This document shows positions 29,224 through 39,713 of a stretch of 64,000 nt of DNA, one piece after another. Below the pieces are notes generated by a model, which saw only the letters and a program-made list of their open reading frames with translations, was not told where the DNA came from and made no database searches. How positions within the stretch are numbered: position 1 is the first letter of the stretch; each line of letters starts with the position of its first letter. The DNA is from Candidatus Bathyarchaeota archaeon (lineage in GTDB: Archaea; Thermoproteota; Bathyarchaeia; Bathyarchaeales; Bathycorpusculaceae): NCBI GenBank assembly GCA_963777155.1, contig CAVZPM010000039.1, positions 32,001-96,000 of the forward strand, read 5' to 3'. A program made the translations under genes and the position numbers.

Positions 29224-29976
29224 TTAAGCTGATGTATCAAAGGGTGATTTAAGGTGGGTGACGACTTCGACGGGTGAGTCTTCGCCTGACTTTAGCCGTT
29301 TCTTCCATTCTTCGCCGACAGCGATGAGTGAAAAGATGCCTGAAACTTCAGCCTTCGATTTCTTAACAAGATTCACTAGTGCCTCTTGGGTTTCACCGCT
29401 CTTGATCATGTCATCAACAATCAGTACGCTGTCACGTTTCTTAATCGATTCTTTGGGAATGTAGAGGGTTACGGTGACACCTGAATCGCGACCTAAAATG
29501 TAGGTTTCTTCTATGAAAGATTTGACGCCGACTTCCTTGTTGCGTTTGGCAACGATAAGGTTTACACCTAGCGAGTTGGCGACCATGGTGGCTAAGGGGA
29601 TGCCGTCGACGGCTGCAGTTAATATTTTGGTAACACGTTTGCCTGCGAAATTGGCGAGGGCGTGGTTTGCAGCTTGTTGGAGGATGTTGTAGTCGCCGAC
29701 GATTTCGGTATTGTCAAAATAGCCTATGTCGTCGAATTTTATTCTGCTGCGAAGTTCCGCTTCTAGACCGACAAGTTTGGTTAGGACACGCCAGAGTTGT
29801 TTGGCTCGGGTTGTGTTTGGGAGGACATGTCCTTTTGCATAGCGGCTAAGCACGGTGACTGGCAAGCCTGTTTTTGTGGCTAACTCCCTATAGGTGATGT
29901 TGCGTTTGTATTTTGCTGTTCTAAGCAACTCGATTGTCATTAAACGAAGTTTCAAATCCTCTGCGTGAGTGCTCAT
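29224..29976 (-). CDS. HTH plus phosphoribosyltransferase protein (PurR-like regulator)
   Basis: TYRELATKTGLPVTVLSRY helix-turn-helix and VLIVDDMIKSGET PRPP loop. Confidence 0.85.
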   Translation of the reverse strand: MSTHAEDLKLRLMTIELLRTAKYKRNITYRELATKTGLPVTVLSRYAKGHVLPNTTRAKQLWRVLTKLVGLEAELRSRIKFDDIGYFDNTEIVGDYNILQQAANHALANFAGKRVTKILTAAVDGIPLATMVANSLGVNLIVAKRNKEVGVKSFIEETYILGRDSGVTVTLYIPKESIKKRDSVLIVDDMIKSGETQEALVNLVKKSKAEVSGIFSLIAVGEEWKKRLKSGEDSPVEVVTHLKSPFDTSA

Positions 29977-30103
29977 TTTCCCTTATCCCCAATTTTACAT
30001 CTATTAGTTAATTATTATATGCTATCCACTATTGCATCTTGCTAATTTATAACTTTCCGTTAAAATTTGTGCGCGCTTATGAAAAGCTGATAAACAACTC
30101 GGG

Positions 30104-30475
30104 TTAAGATGAAAATTTTCCAAAGTAAACAATTTTGCCTTCTTTGAACGCTCGCAAAAGCTCACAATGACGCAAAATAGCAAATTCCCGTTCCATCTTC
30201 TCAGGAGTCAAATTCAAGCTGTTTATTAATTCTTCCCTGCTGATTTTTCCCCTTTTTACAACATTTTCATAAATCTTTTTTTGCAGCTCGGTCAAGCCTT
30301 CGGTTCCAGTTTGACCCAATTGCTTGCGAACCGATAAAGTAGATGATACTGCTAAAGGGTCACATACTTTTGGTGGATTCATAAGTTCAAAGCAACAATC
30401 TTCGCACAGAACTTTGCCTTGTAAATAATTAACCTCGTTTTCTTCAAGATTCAATCCACATTGGTCACATTTCAC
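30104..30475 (-). CDS. Zinc-finger plus winged-helix hypothetical protein
   Basis: CDQC...LCEDC...CDP, then LTELQKKIY...REFAILRHCEL; likely GTG start 30475 (ORF track 30625). Confidence 0.7.
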   Translation of the reverse strand: MKCDQCGLNLEENEVNYLQGKVLCEDCCFELMNPPKVCDPLAVSSTLSVRKQLGQTGTEGLTELQKKIYENVVKRGKISREELINSLNLTPEKMEREFAILRHCELLRAFKEGKIVYFGKFSS

Positions 30476-30610
30476 AAAAATTCCTACAATATCATTACCT
30501 ATACGAATGCTTATCTTTCTTTCGCAGTTCACGCAGCAAACGAAAATTTTTGTTAACATTAAGCTTTTTAGATGGAAAAGTAACCTCCTATACACCAGAG
30601 GGGTACATCG

Positions 30611-31159
30611 ATGCAGAGGCTCCAACGACTATTCATAATTGCGCTCTTCGGCGCCATAATCTTTGTCACCAACATGTTCCTGCCTCCTCCACTCAACTAC
30701 ATAATCATTGTCGTTCAAGCTATCCTGCTCGCATTAAGCGCACTGTTCATCCCAAAAGTAGGTGCCATGTACGTTGGTGCAGTCGGCGGGCTGTTAACAG
30801 CGTTAGTCAGTCCCGCTCTTGGTCCCTTCACATTCTTTTTTGCTTTTCTCTTCGGCGTTTTTGTTGATCTTTTCCTGTTCGCCTTCAAAATCAGAGGTAC
30901 TCCTCAGGGCGTTAACCAAAACAGGTTAATCGCCGCGATGGCTGTAAGCACCCTGTTGATTGCTGTTTCCAGCTATTCAGCATTCGCGATTTTTCCCCAA
31001 TACATCAAATCAGAAGGGTTTTCTATTGTCAGTTTATTTGTTCAAAGAAGTCAAATGCTCGATGCACTCGTGTTGTTTATGGGTCCGGTAACGGGTGCAG
31101 TAGCGGGCTATGCGGCTTCATATCTTTGGAATAAGTACCTGCGGCATATTAACGTCTAA
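30611..31159 (+). CDS. Integral membrane protein (ECF S-component-like)
   Basis: 5-6 TM helices, GAMYVGAVGGLL, GVFVDL. Confidence 0.6.
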   Translation: MQRLQRLFIIALFGAIIFVTNMFLPPPLNYIIIVVQAILLALSALFIPKVGAMYVGAVGGLLTALVSPALGPFTFFFAFLFGVFVDLFLFAFKIRGTPQGVNQNRLIAAMAVSTLLIAVSSYSAFAIFPQYIKSEGFSIVSLFVQRSQMLDALVLFMGPVTGAVAGYAASYLWNKYLRHINV

Positions 31160-31338
31160 AGGTGCAATTCTCTAATTTTTTTGGTCAACAATCTTAGCGA
31201 TCGTTAAGCTAGAAAAACATTTTACATCGTAATCTTTAACGCTCTTCAAACCCGCTTCCTGCACAGTTAAAACTTGATGTTCAAAGTCTCCAAGTATTCC
31301 TTCAAGCCAACGTAAATTTGGTCAAGCAGAATCTTCAT
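31160..31338 (-). pseudogene. Degenerate DUF5615/Mut7-C PIN-like gene remnant
   Basis: MKILLDQIYVGLKEYLETL, then after a frameshift HQVLTVQEAGLKSVKDYDV; much shorter than an intact PIN domain. Confidence 0.55.
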
Positions 31339-31389
31339 GGCTTTTCAGTTAACTCTTAGATTATTTGGCCTTTTCCAGTCTGCCAATGT

Positions 31390-32022
31390 CTAATCTATGA
31401 GTAATATTGCGAAGGATTCTGGATTCTTAGCGAATGGGAAAGTTACTACAATCCCGGCATTGGCTGCGGTTTTCTTTACGTTAACTCCAATTGCGTCTTC
31501 AGACCAACGAGCTAATTCAGGATGTCGACAAATCCTTGTTTCAGTGTTGCATTTCTCACAAAGTTGACAATGCCCAGAAACAAACGATAATGCTAAACTG
31601 TACCCTTTGTTCATCGCGGCTTTCTCCAAATCCACGACGCTTTGGAGCATTTTGCGTTTGTCGTCTTTCCAGTCCTGCCAAAACTTGGCCGCTTTCTCCC
31701 TAATTTCTTTAGAGACAGTTGGGTCCGATTCGGCAACCATTAGCTTTGCTAGCACTTCGGGTTCAGCTTGTGCGTTGGAAGTGAACTTCATGAACATGGC
31801 GTAGCTGTATTCTGAGACGATTTTGCGGAATTCCTCTGCTGTTGGCGTGTATGGTGGACAGGCGAGGGTTTTGCCGTAGTGGTTGCAGCCGACTTTGCAT
31901 TTGAGGACAACGCGGTCTTCTACGACGACTTTGTCGGTTGGGATGATTTTTGCGTCTGCGGCTCCTTTTTCGAGGGCTAATTTGACTAGGAACTGGAATT
32001 TTTCAGCGTTTTCAGAAGACAT
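31390..32022 (-). CDS. DUF2284 family metal-binding protein
   Basis: KCKVGC..YGKTLACPPY, GHCQLCEKC...CRHPELAR.SEDAIGVNV. Confidence 0.85.
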   Translation of the reverse strand: MSSENAEKFQFLVKLALEKGAADAKIIPTDKVVVEDRVVLKCKVGCNHYGKTLACPPYTPTAEEFRKIVSEYSYAMFMKFTSNAQAEPEVLAKLMVAESDPTVSKEIREKAAKFWQDWKDDKRKMLQSVVDLEKAAMNKGYSLALSFVSGHCQLCEKCNTETRICRHPELARWSEDAIGVNVKKTAANAGIVVTFPFAKNPESFAILLID

Positions 32023-32183
32023 TATTTCACTAACCTTCTGGGCTTGACGTTTCTTTTTGATATAAACATTTAGCGGTCAAGCTATATTTTTTATGATGTT
32101 TGCTGTAGCTAAACTAAAAAGTAGAACTGCGTTAAAAAACCTTATAGCTAATTACAAATAGCTTCTCTATTGCATGTGAGACT

Positions 32184-32882
32184 TTGGTAGCTAACAGAAA
32201 GGCGGTTTGGGCGGTGATCATCTTGGTGCTGTTTTGTCTCTTGGCAAACCCACAGTTTTGCGCCATTACACAAGCTCAAACCCAAACGGCTTTCACCACC
32301 GCAGATGAATTCAGCATTCCCCAATACAACAGTTCCATAAGGTTTGCCCTAAACGGCTCCTATTCAGCAGCGACGCTGGAAAACGGGTTCTGGACTTTTA
32401 AGAATTTAACGCTGTTTTCTCAAAATCTTAGTTTCTTGGGACTCAACGCCACGCAGGGTTCGGGAGAGCTAAAAATATCGGCTAAAAACTCTAATGTTAC
32501 TGTCTGGACTTACATTTCTGTAAATTACTCTTTTCCAGTTGATTTACTAAGTTACTATGCAGAGGGCACAGGCAATCAGACCGTAAATCTGGGGTTGAAT
32601 GCTTCTCGATCTTCAAGTGATGAGTGGAGTGTTATCGTTGCGGACAGCGTTTTTTTGCCTCTTGGTCAAAATTGGCGCCTTTTGCCTGACGACTCAGTAC
32701 TTGTGTGGGACAAGACGGGTAACGTGACTGTTGCTCATTTTAGCTTCAATAATGAATACAAAAATTTGTCTTTCTTTCTTCAGCACTACGTTGGCATATT
32801 TACTGTATTACTGTTAGCATTCGTTATTCTTGTGGCAGTTGTAATTAGGGTTCGAGCAAAAAAATTAACAAAGAACCGTTAA
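32184..32882 (+). CDS. Hypothetical secreted protein with C-terminal TM anchor
   Basis: Signal peptide, beta-rich body, TM plus basic tail. Confidence 0.7.
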   Translation: MVANRKAVWAVIILVLFCLLANPQFCAITQAQTQTAFTTADEFSIPQYNSSIRFALNGSYSAATLENGFWTFKNLTLFSQNLSFLGLNATQGSGELKISAKNSNVTVWTYISVNYSFPVDLLSYYAEGTGNQTVNLGLNASRSSSDEWSVIVADSVFLPLGQNWRLLPDDSVLVWDKTGNVTVAHFSFNNEYKNLSFFLQHYVGIFTVLLLAFVILVAVVIRVRAKKLTKNR

Positions 32883-32959
32883 CATCTGTTAGAGTCTTAA
32901 CCAGTTGACCTATTTCTATTCATGCAAGCGCAAGGATAATATAGAGAATCACTGAAATT

Positions 32960-34142
32960 GTGTGTGCACTGAAGGTGCGCGTTGCTATTAAAAGCAAAAT
33001 CAGTACAATTGGATATGTTAACAAAATCCAAGAAAACATTATGGCTATCAAAAAAAGAGAACTTGCACCCCTCTATGAGGAGCTGAAGGCGGCGGACTGT
33101 GTTATCTGCGGAGGGTCAGGACGATCTCTCTACTCATTAAATGCTGCTATGAGCCAGATAGCATTAAGCCAAGCAGGTTGGCGAAATAAAGTTGTCTTAA
33201 CACCTGACGATCCTGGGTTTCCAGGTAAAAGTATGTACGACGCCGCAGCCTACTTGGGACGTCGCTACAAAAAAATCCTGCTTCTAATGAACTCAGGCAG
33301 TGGCTACAGCGACGACCCACTTGTCATGGCACAAGACCTAGCCCAATATATCGAAGAGAAGAAATCCACCCATTTCTCCATGGGGCTCTTAACATCTGCG
33401 GTGGACTCTCCTTTAGCGGAAATAACCGCCAAATACGGCCAAGTTGTTCAACTTAAAGGACGCGGCAAATCCAAACCCGGTCAAGAATACGCTGAAACCG
33501 GAATGATGGGCGACATCTTTGAACTTGGTACACTTGAACTTCTCAATAGTATGATCGAAGCTATATTCTGTAACCTTGAAGTCGGCGACGTCTTCCGTCT
33601 CTGTGAAGAAGAATTCGAGAAAGTCGGCGACATGATAGACGCAAACGTCAACTCAGAAACCTACGCTCAACTCGTAGACATCATGGAGAAACGGACTAAC
33701 GTGTTCCTAGGTGGGAAAGGCACAGGAAACGAAATCGCCAAAATGACAGGAGTAAGACTTTTCCACATCAAAAGCTTCCTCGGAGACAACGTATACATCA
33801 CAAGAGGCGTTAACACTCCCCATCCAAGAGCGGGCGACCTCGAGATTTTGCTATCGTTCTCAGGTGAAACCCGTCCAGTCATCATATGGGCGGATGTACT
33901 GAAAAAATTCGGCGGGAACTGTCTTCGCCATAACTGGCAACAAAGACTCCACACTCGCCAAGAAAGCTGACCTCAAAATCATTTTGCCTGAAGAAGTCAA
34001 GCCATCTACGCCAAGACGTTTCTATACTAGAGCCGCATACGTGCTAAGCCCGTTGCCAGTGAAACTTGCGGAAAGGCTAGGCGAACGAGGACTTAATCTG
34101 CCAGAATACATTATCAGCTGGTACCACTCCGTAACCCAATAA
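32960..34142 (+). CDS. Tandem SIS-domain protein (3-hexulose-6-phosphate isomerase-like); apparent +1 frameshift near 33915
   Basis: GGSGRS...NSGSG and GKGTG...SFSGET; after an extra G the frame continues FAITGNKDSTLAKKAD...WYHSVTQ to TAA at 34142. Confidence 0.75.
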
Positions 34143-34161
34143 TCGCTCAAGAAGCCGAAGT

Positions 34162-35595
34162 TTACGAGTTCCTTAGCCAAAAGGGCTTGCCGAACAAGAA
34201 ATCAGTGAGGAACTCTGCAAACTCTCCATTTTTATTATAAACTTCTATCACTTCGTTGTTAATGAGTACTCTGAAATTTTCACTGATTGTTTTTGCAATC
34301 AAATCAGCGATGCCGCTGTTTTTGCCTCCATCCACCAGCTTTTCTCTTAGAAGCGTAGCGGCATCGGTGGTTTTTCGTGGCAACTCAACTATCCAGCGTC
34401 CGTCTTCTATGTAAGGACCAGAAATTACCTGTTTACTTTTTGTATATTTAGTTAGATACTTTTCGCATTCAGCTTCCCGATCCAACGGCGGACCTAAATG
34501 CTTTTTGATGTCAGGCAGCACCTGCGCCTCAAGCTCAAAGACAAAGACGCTGAGGGTTTTCTCGTTGCTCCAGACATCGTCTTTAAGGACATTGTAATCG
34601 TTAAGCTCAAGAAGCGTGCGCAACGAACGCTTTGACCTATAGAGTTGCCCCCACAAAACATCAGGGACAGCCTTTAACTCACCTATGACCAAAAAAATGA
34701 TAGATGAGCTACGGCTGGTCAATTGACTCTTCAATGTCTCAGGTGACAAAACCATTGGGTTGGGCGGGTAGAAGAAGTCTTGGCTTGGTTTTTTCAGAAA
34801 TGCTCTTGATGCGCCGATAAAAGTGTAGAGTTTTTGGGGCTGCACTGCAGATGCCACGTTTCTTCCTTTGTCAACAGGGTCAACGATAACCAGAGGTTCG
34901 GGAAAGAGCAGTGAGAGTTCTTTTATTCTATCTGCATAAAAGCCCCCCAGGTCAATTACGACTCGCCGATTGTAACGGGCGAAGGCACGCACAGTTTCGG
35001 TGAAAGATCCAAACTTCATAATCAGAAGCTCGCAGAGGTAACCGCTAAAACCTCCAACCTTAATCTCTGCGCCATAGACATTTATGCCCTGCATGAACTT
35101 TTTGAGAAGCCTAACCTCGCCCAGCAACTGCTTACCTAAATGGGTTTTGATGTAGTCGGTATGGTAGGGTGTTCGGTCCGTTGCGCTTTGCCACTCTCCT
35201 GGCTTTGCGTCGTAGCAGGGAACAATGTCGACTCGGTGACCCTCTAAGAAGATTTCAAGGTAAGGGTGCTCAGCGAAACGTTCAAGCTGCTCGGCGTCGC
35301 CGGCTGCTTTTTTAGCAATCTTCAGCCCAACATCACCTAAGCTTTTGCGGGGAATAGATTTAGGCAACCGCATGAAAATGTCGATGTCAAGGCTGTCACT
35401 TAACCAAGTGTCCTTTGCAACAGAGCCTTCTACGCGAACGGTGGCTTTTACTCCTTCTTGTTGACAGGCTAAACTGATTTTTTGCTCTAACGCTTTTGTT
35501 AACGCAGTTACTTTGGCGTAGTCGGCTTTTGTAGGAGTTATTTTCTGTAAAACCTGCTTAGTTAGAGATTCTATTTCCTTCTCCATTTGTATCAT
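34162..35595 (-). CDS. cca: CCA-adding enzyme (class I)
   Basis: EGSVAKDTWL..DIDIF, AEHPY, DRTPYH, GGFSGYLCEL. Confidence 0.96.
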   Translation of the reverse strand: MIQMEKEIESLTKQVLQKITPTKADYAKVTALTKALEQKISLACQQEGVKATVRVEGSVAKDTWLSDSLDIDIFMRLPKSIPRKSLGDVGLKIAKKAAGDAEQLERFAEHPYLEIFLEGHRVDIVPCYDAKPGEWQSATDRTPYHTDYIKTHLGKQLLGEVRLLKKFMQGINVYGAEIKVGGFSGYLCELLIMKFGSFTETVRAFARYNRRVVIDLGGFYADRIKELSLLFPEPLVIVDPVDKGRNVASAVQPQKLYTFIGASRAFLKKPSQDFFYPPNPMVLSPETLKSQLTSRSSSIIFLVIGELKAVPDVLWGQLYRSKRSLRTLLELNDYNVLKDDVWSNEKTLSVFVFELEAQVLPDIKKHLGPPLDREAECEKYLTKYTKSKQVISGPYIEDGRWIVELPRKTTDAATLLREKLVDGGKNSGIADLIAKTISENFRVLINNEVIEVYNKNGEFAEFLTDFLFGKPFWLRNS

Positions 35596-35596
35596 T

Positions 35597-36160
35597 CTAA
35601 GGACAGTATTCTTTGAGTGTTGAGTAAATTGGACCTTTGGGTGAGAGCTGGCTTTTTTTGAGCCGTAGGCAATCTGCTCTTATGATGCCGAAATCATAGT
35701 TCTCTTGTTTCTGAACCAAATCAACCAGCCGTTGTTTGTTGGCGCCTGAGCGGACTCGTGCAATAGTTAGATGCGGCGTAAACCCATTGGGGTCTGGCGC
35801 GAAGCCAAGTTCGTGAATTTGGGGTTCAAGCTGCTCAAAGATGCTTGTCAGCTGTTGTGCGCCGTCTGTTATTCCTGCCCAAACTACCCTTGGATAATTA
35901 AGAGTTGGAAACACACCAAGCCCTGACAGCCTAATGTTGAAAGGGCTAAACTTCACATTCTTCATGACAGCATGGAGTTTCTCTACCATTTCTGGACTGA
36001 TAGCACCAAGAAAACGAAGCGTAATGTGGATGTTAGATGGCTCTACAAGTTTTAGGTCTGCGTTTGTTTGAATCAACAGTTTTTGCGCAGCGGCAAGCCT
36101 GTTTAGTACACTGTCGTTTTTCATATCGAAAGCGATGAAGCTTCTTATTTGCTCAGACAT
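35597..36160 (-). CDS. thpR: RNA 2',3'-cyclic phosphodiesterase (2H family)
   Basis: HITL and HLTI 2H motifs, RSFIA. Confidence 0.93.
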   Translation of the reverse strand: MSEQIRSFIAFDMKNDSVLNRLAAAQKLLIQTNADLKLVEPSNIHITLRFLGAISPEMVEKLHAVMKNVKFSPFNIRLSGLGVFPTLNYPRVVWAGITDGAQQLTSIFEQLEPQIHELGFAPDPNGFTPHLTIARVRSGANKQRLVDLVQKQENYDFGIIRADCLRLKKSQLSPKGPIYSTLKEYCP

Positions 36161-36252
36161 TAATTGTTCCTTCTAGTATTTTTAACACATAACCCTCATA
36201 AATGCTTTTTAATCAAGGATGCTGCTATACAACCAAAAAAGGGTAAGTTAAC

Positions 36253-36816
36253 GTGGACACTGACAAACTTGTTATTGGTTTAGCGGGGATGCCTGGCTCA
36301 GGTAAATCCATCGTAGTCGATGTGGCACATGAGATGGGTTATGCCATTGTAGTTATGGGTGATGTGATTAGACAAGAGACACTCAAACGTGGCTTGGAGT
36401 TAACACCCCAAAATGTGGGAAGCGTCATGCTTGAACTAAGAAAGGAAAGTGGGAACTATGTTATCGCTCAAAAATGTGTTCCGAAAATTGAAGAACAGCG
36501 CAGTCTAAAAGTTCTTGTTGACGGGTTAAGAAGCCTTTTCGAAGTAGATATCTTCAAGGAGCACTTTGCTAAATTCAGCTTAGTAGCAGTTCATGCATCT
36601 CCCCAAACACGTTTTAGTCGTCTATCCAACCGACGTCGAAGCGACGATCCAGCTGAATGGAAAGTCTTCCAGGAACGAGATATGCGCGAGCTTGGAGTTG
36701 GTTTGGGAAATGTTATAGCAATGGCTGAACACGTGATAGTGAACGATAATAGCTTCGAGCATGTTAAAGCTAAGGTTAAGGAATCTTTGGAAAGGATTGA
36801 GGGGAAATGGAAATAA
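36253..36816 (+). CDS. UPF0200 / dephospho-CoA-kinase-like P-loop kinase
   Basis: GMPGSGKS, MGDVIR, DGLRS, RDMRELGVG. Confidence 0.85.
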   Translation: MDTDKLVIGLAGMPGSGKSIVVDVAHEMGYAIVVMGDVIRQETLKRGLELTPQNVGSVMLELRKESGNYVIAQKCVPKIEEQRSLKVLVDGLRSLFEVDIFKEHFAKFSLVAVHASPQTRFSRLSNRRRSDDPAEWKVFQERDMRELGVGLGNVIAMAEHVIVNDNSFEHVKAKVKESLERIEGKWK

Positions 36817-37212
36817 CAGTTTTTGCTCAAACCGAAATCTACCCGACAGAAAGCGAAGACAACGTTAAGGTAGCAGTCAATAATGTTTTGGACAATGTAA
36901 CGCATGACCGTCAAACCCTCGGTTAAAGGTAGTTCCTTAATTGCGACTGCAAAAGGTCAAGATTCTCTAATAAAACTTCGTAACATGTTCCATAACGACC
37001 GAATCCGTGATGCAGCAAGAAGACTACTTTTCAAATCAATCAGAGGCAACATGGTGTCTTTCTGTTTAAACAAGCAGGTAGCGTTTGCAGGGCATGTGTC
37101 CTTTTCTGAAGAGACAGCGGAGTCACCTTTGGGACCTATAAAGATAGATATTGAAGCAGAGCATCCCCAGCAACTAGTCGAGTGGCTGGCAGAAAAAACT
37201 AGAGAAGGATAA
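36807..37212 (+). CDS. UPF0201/DUF54 RNA-binding protein (apparent +1 frameshift near 36903)
   Basis: MEITVFAQTEIYPTESEDNVKVAV in one frame; RIRDAAR...LNKQVAF...SPLGPI in the next. Confidence 0.85.
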
Positions 37213-37215
37213 GGT

Positions 37216-38235
37216 TTGGCGGAAAGGGCATTGGTTACTAAGAGTGGCGCTGTTTTGTTAGGTGACAATGTCGCCTGTGATGCACATGACCCTTCAAGAC
37301 CTCTACGGGTTGTGACACATGCACATGCTGATCACCTTAACGGTTTACGAAGCAGTTTGAAGCGTTGTGAGAAGGTTTTGATGACAAAAGCCACCCGTGA
37401 CCTTACAGAAACCCTCAACGGCTCGCTTAAACTCAAAGATACCCCCTCAGTTAAGACCTTAGAATACGGGAAAGTTCTCAAATACGGCGGCGAAAAAATC
37501 AGCCTCCTAAAAGCTGACCACATTTTGGGTGCATGCCAGGTGTTAGTTGAGGATGCTGGTGGAATACGTATTGTTTGGACTGGCGATTTTAGGCTTGAAG
37601 GCACCCCAGTTGTGGACTGCGACGTGTTAGTGGTTGAAGCTACTTATGGAAATCCCTCTTGTCGACGGAACTTTAGAGTTGACGTACGCGAGCTTTTGGT
37701 TTCTATGATTGAGAAGCGCTTGCGCGGCGGCGCCGTCTATGTTTTCGGTTACCATGGTAAACTCCAAGAAATCATGCAGCTTCTCAGAAATGCGGATGTT
37801 GCGGTTCCTTTTGTTATGCCTGAAAGAGTTTATGAGGTTACTAAGGTCTGCGAGAAACATGGGATGAATTTGGGTTGCCTCTCGCTTTCCACCGACAAGG
37901 AGGGGCATGAACTGCTCGACGATAACTTGCCCTGTGTAGCATTCTATCACATGAATCAACGTCAGCACGTGGGATTGCGTAACGCTCGGATTTGTGTGAG
38001 CGGCTGGGAGTTTCATTCGCCCTGCAGGCAAATCGGTGACCGAGAACATTTAGTGGCGCTTAGTGACCACTCAGACTTTGACGGATTAATCGAGTATGTA
38101 AGGCGCTCTGGGGCAAAGCAAGTTATTACTGACAATTACAGGAGCAACGGAGACGCTTTAGCAAAGGAAATCAACAAGCGCTTAGGCGTCTGCGCGGTTG
38201 CCATGCCCAGAACTAACGGTCAAACTACCCTGTAA
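37216..38235 (+). CDS. MBL-fold metallo-hydrolase (exonuclease-like)
   Basis: THAHADH, HILGA, TGDF, EATYG, LSDHSDF. Confidence 0.88.
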   Translation: MAERALVTKSGAVLLGDNVACDAHDPSRPLRVVTHAHADHLNGLRSSLKRCEKVLMTKATRDLTETLNGSLKLKDTPSVKTLEYGKVLKYGGEKISLLKADHILGACQVLVEDAGGIRIVWTGDFRLEGTPVVDCDVLVVEATYGNPSCRRNFRVDVRELLVSMIEKRLRGGAVYVFGYHGKLQEIMQLLRNADVAVPFVMPERVYEVTKVCEKHGMNLGCLSLSTDKEGHELLDDNLPCVAFYHMNQRQHVGLRNARICVSGWEFHSPCRQIGDREHLVALSDHSDFDGLIEYVRRSGAKQVITDNYRSNGDALAKEINKRLGVCAVAMPRTNGQTTL

Positions 38236-38240
38236 GCATA

Positions 38241-39584
38241 ATGTTTTGGGGTAAGGGTTGGTTAAAGTTTAAAAGCAGAAAACCAGACACTCACATGCTA
38301 AGTGACAGAAACATGGCTAAGTCATCAGTAATTTCAGGCTTCTATAAGCTTCCGCCGAAAGAGCGGCTCGCGATCATTAAAGATTTTGCAGGATTAACCG
38401 AGGATGAAGTTCGTTTATTAGAAAATACCGGTTCTTTGCCTATCGATGTGGCTGACCACATGGTTGAAAACGTCATCGGCGTCTTCCCTGAACCAATGGG
38501 GATAGGAGTTAACTTCCAAATCAACGGAAAAGATTACCTCATCCCGATGGCTACCGAAGAGCCAAGTGTAATTGCAGCCGCCAGCTACGCCGCTAAAATG
38601 GTTCGTGACGGTGGAGGATTCCACACAAGTAGCACAGCGCCTGTGATGATTGGGCAAATCCAAGTGGTAAAAATCAAAGATGCTGAAACAGCAAAAAAAC
38701 AGGTCTTAGGTGCCAAAGTTGATATTCTCAAAAAAGCAAACGATCAAGACCCCGTCCTTAACTCGTTTGGTGGCGGAGCTAAAGACCTCGACGCCCGAGT
38801 CATCGAAACTACGATGGGGCAAATGCTAATCGTGCACTTGTTTGTTGACTGCCGAGATGCTATGGGTGCCAACGCTGTTAACACGATGGCTGAAGCGGTG
38901 TCTCCGATGATTGAGCAGCTTACCGGCGGACAAGTTTACCTGCGAATCATATCTAACTTGGCTGTTAAACGTCTTGCCAAAGCATGGTGTACCGTTCCCA
39001 AAGAAGCCGTTGGTGGGGAAACAGTCGTAGATGGAATCGCTTATGCATCTGCTTTCGCAGCAGCTGACCCATACCGAGCGGCTACCCACAACAAGGGAGC
39101 TATGAACGGCATAATCGCCGTTGTCTTAGCTACAGGCAACGATCACCGAGCCATCGAGGCAGGCGGACACGCTTACGCAGCGTTCAACGGACCCTACACC
39201 TCCTTCTCGAAATGGGTAAAGAATAAAAACGGCGACTTAGAAGGCTCAATCGAGTTGCCGATGGCTGTCGGGTTAATCGGAGGAGCAGTTAAAACCCACC
39301 CAATCGCACGCATCGCCATGAAAATTCTAAACGTGAAGTCCGCCAACGAATTCGGTGAAGTCCTCGCTGCTGTGGGTTTAGCCCAGAACTTGGCTGCACT
39401 TCGTGCACTGTCAAGTGAAGGCATTCAACGTGGTCACATGTCCCTCCACGCAAGAAACATCGCGGTAACAGCAGGCGCCAAAGACGCAATGATCGATTTA
39501 GTGGCGGAGCGGATGGTTAAGGAACGCAGAGTCCGCGTGGACCGAGCTAAAGAAATCCTTGATGAACTATGTACAAAACAATAA
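38241..39584 (+). CDS. mvaA: Hydroxymethylglutaryl-CoA reductase, class II
   Basis: ENVIG, EEPSVIAA, DAMGAN, RAATHNKG, GIQRGHMSLH; likely start 38313. Confidence 0.93.
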   Translation: MFWGKGWLKFKSRKPDTHMLSDRNMAKSSVISGFYKLPPKERLAIIKDFAGLTEDEVRLLENTGSLPIDVADHMVENVIGVFPEPMGIGVNFQINGKDYLIPMATEEPSVIAAASYAAKMVRDGGGFHTSSTAPVMIGQIQVVKIKDAETAKKQVLGAKVDILKKANDQDPVLNSFGGGAKDLDARVIETTMGQMLIVHLFVDCRDAMGANAVNTMAEAVSPMIEQLTGGQVYLRIISNLAVKRLAKAWCTVPKEAVGGETVVDGIAYASAFAAADPYRAATHNKGAMNGIIAVVLATGNDHRAIEAGGHAYAAFNGPYTSFSKWVKNKNGDLEGSIELPMAVGLIGGAVKTHPIARIAMKILNVKSANEFGEVLAAVGLAQNLAALRALSSEGIQRGHMSLHARNIAVTAGAKDAMIDLVAERMVKERRVRVDRAKEILDELCTKQ

Positions 39585-39713
39585 TGACTACTCTGCCTTT
39601 AACTATTAGCGCAATTGCAAAAATGTGTGTGCACTAAAAATTAATTAGGAAGCTGATTTTCTTAAAGATGGAATAAACACTAAGAAAGACAGAAAATGAA
39701 GAAAAATGATAAT

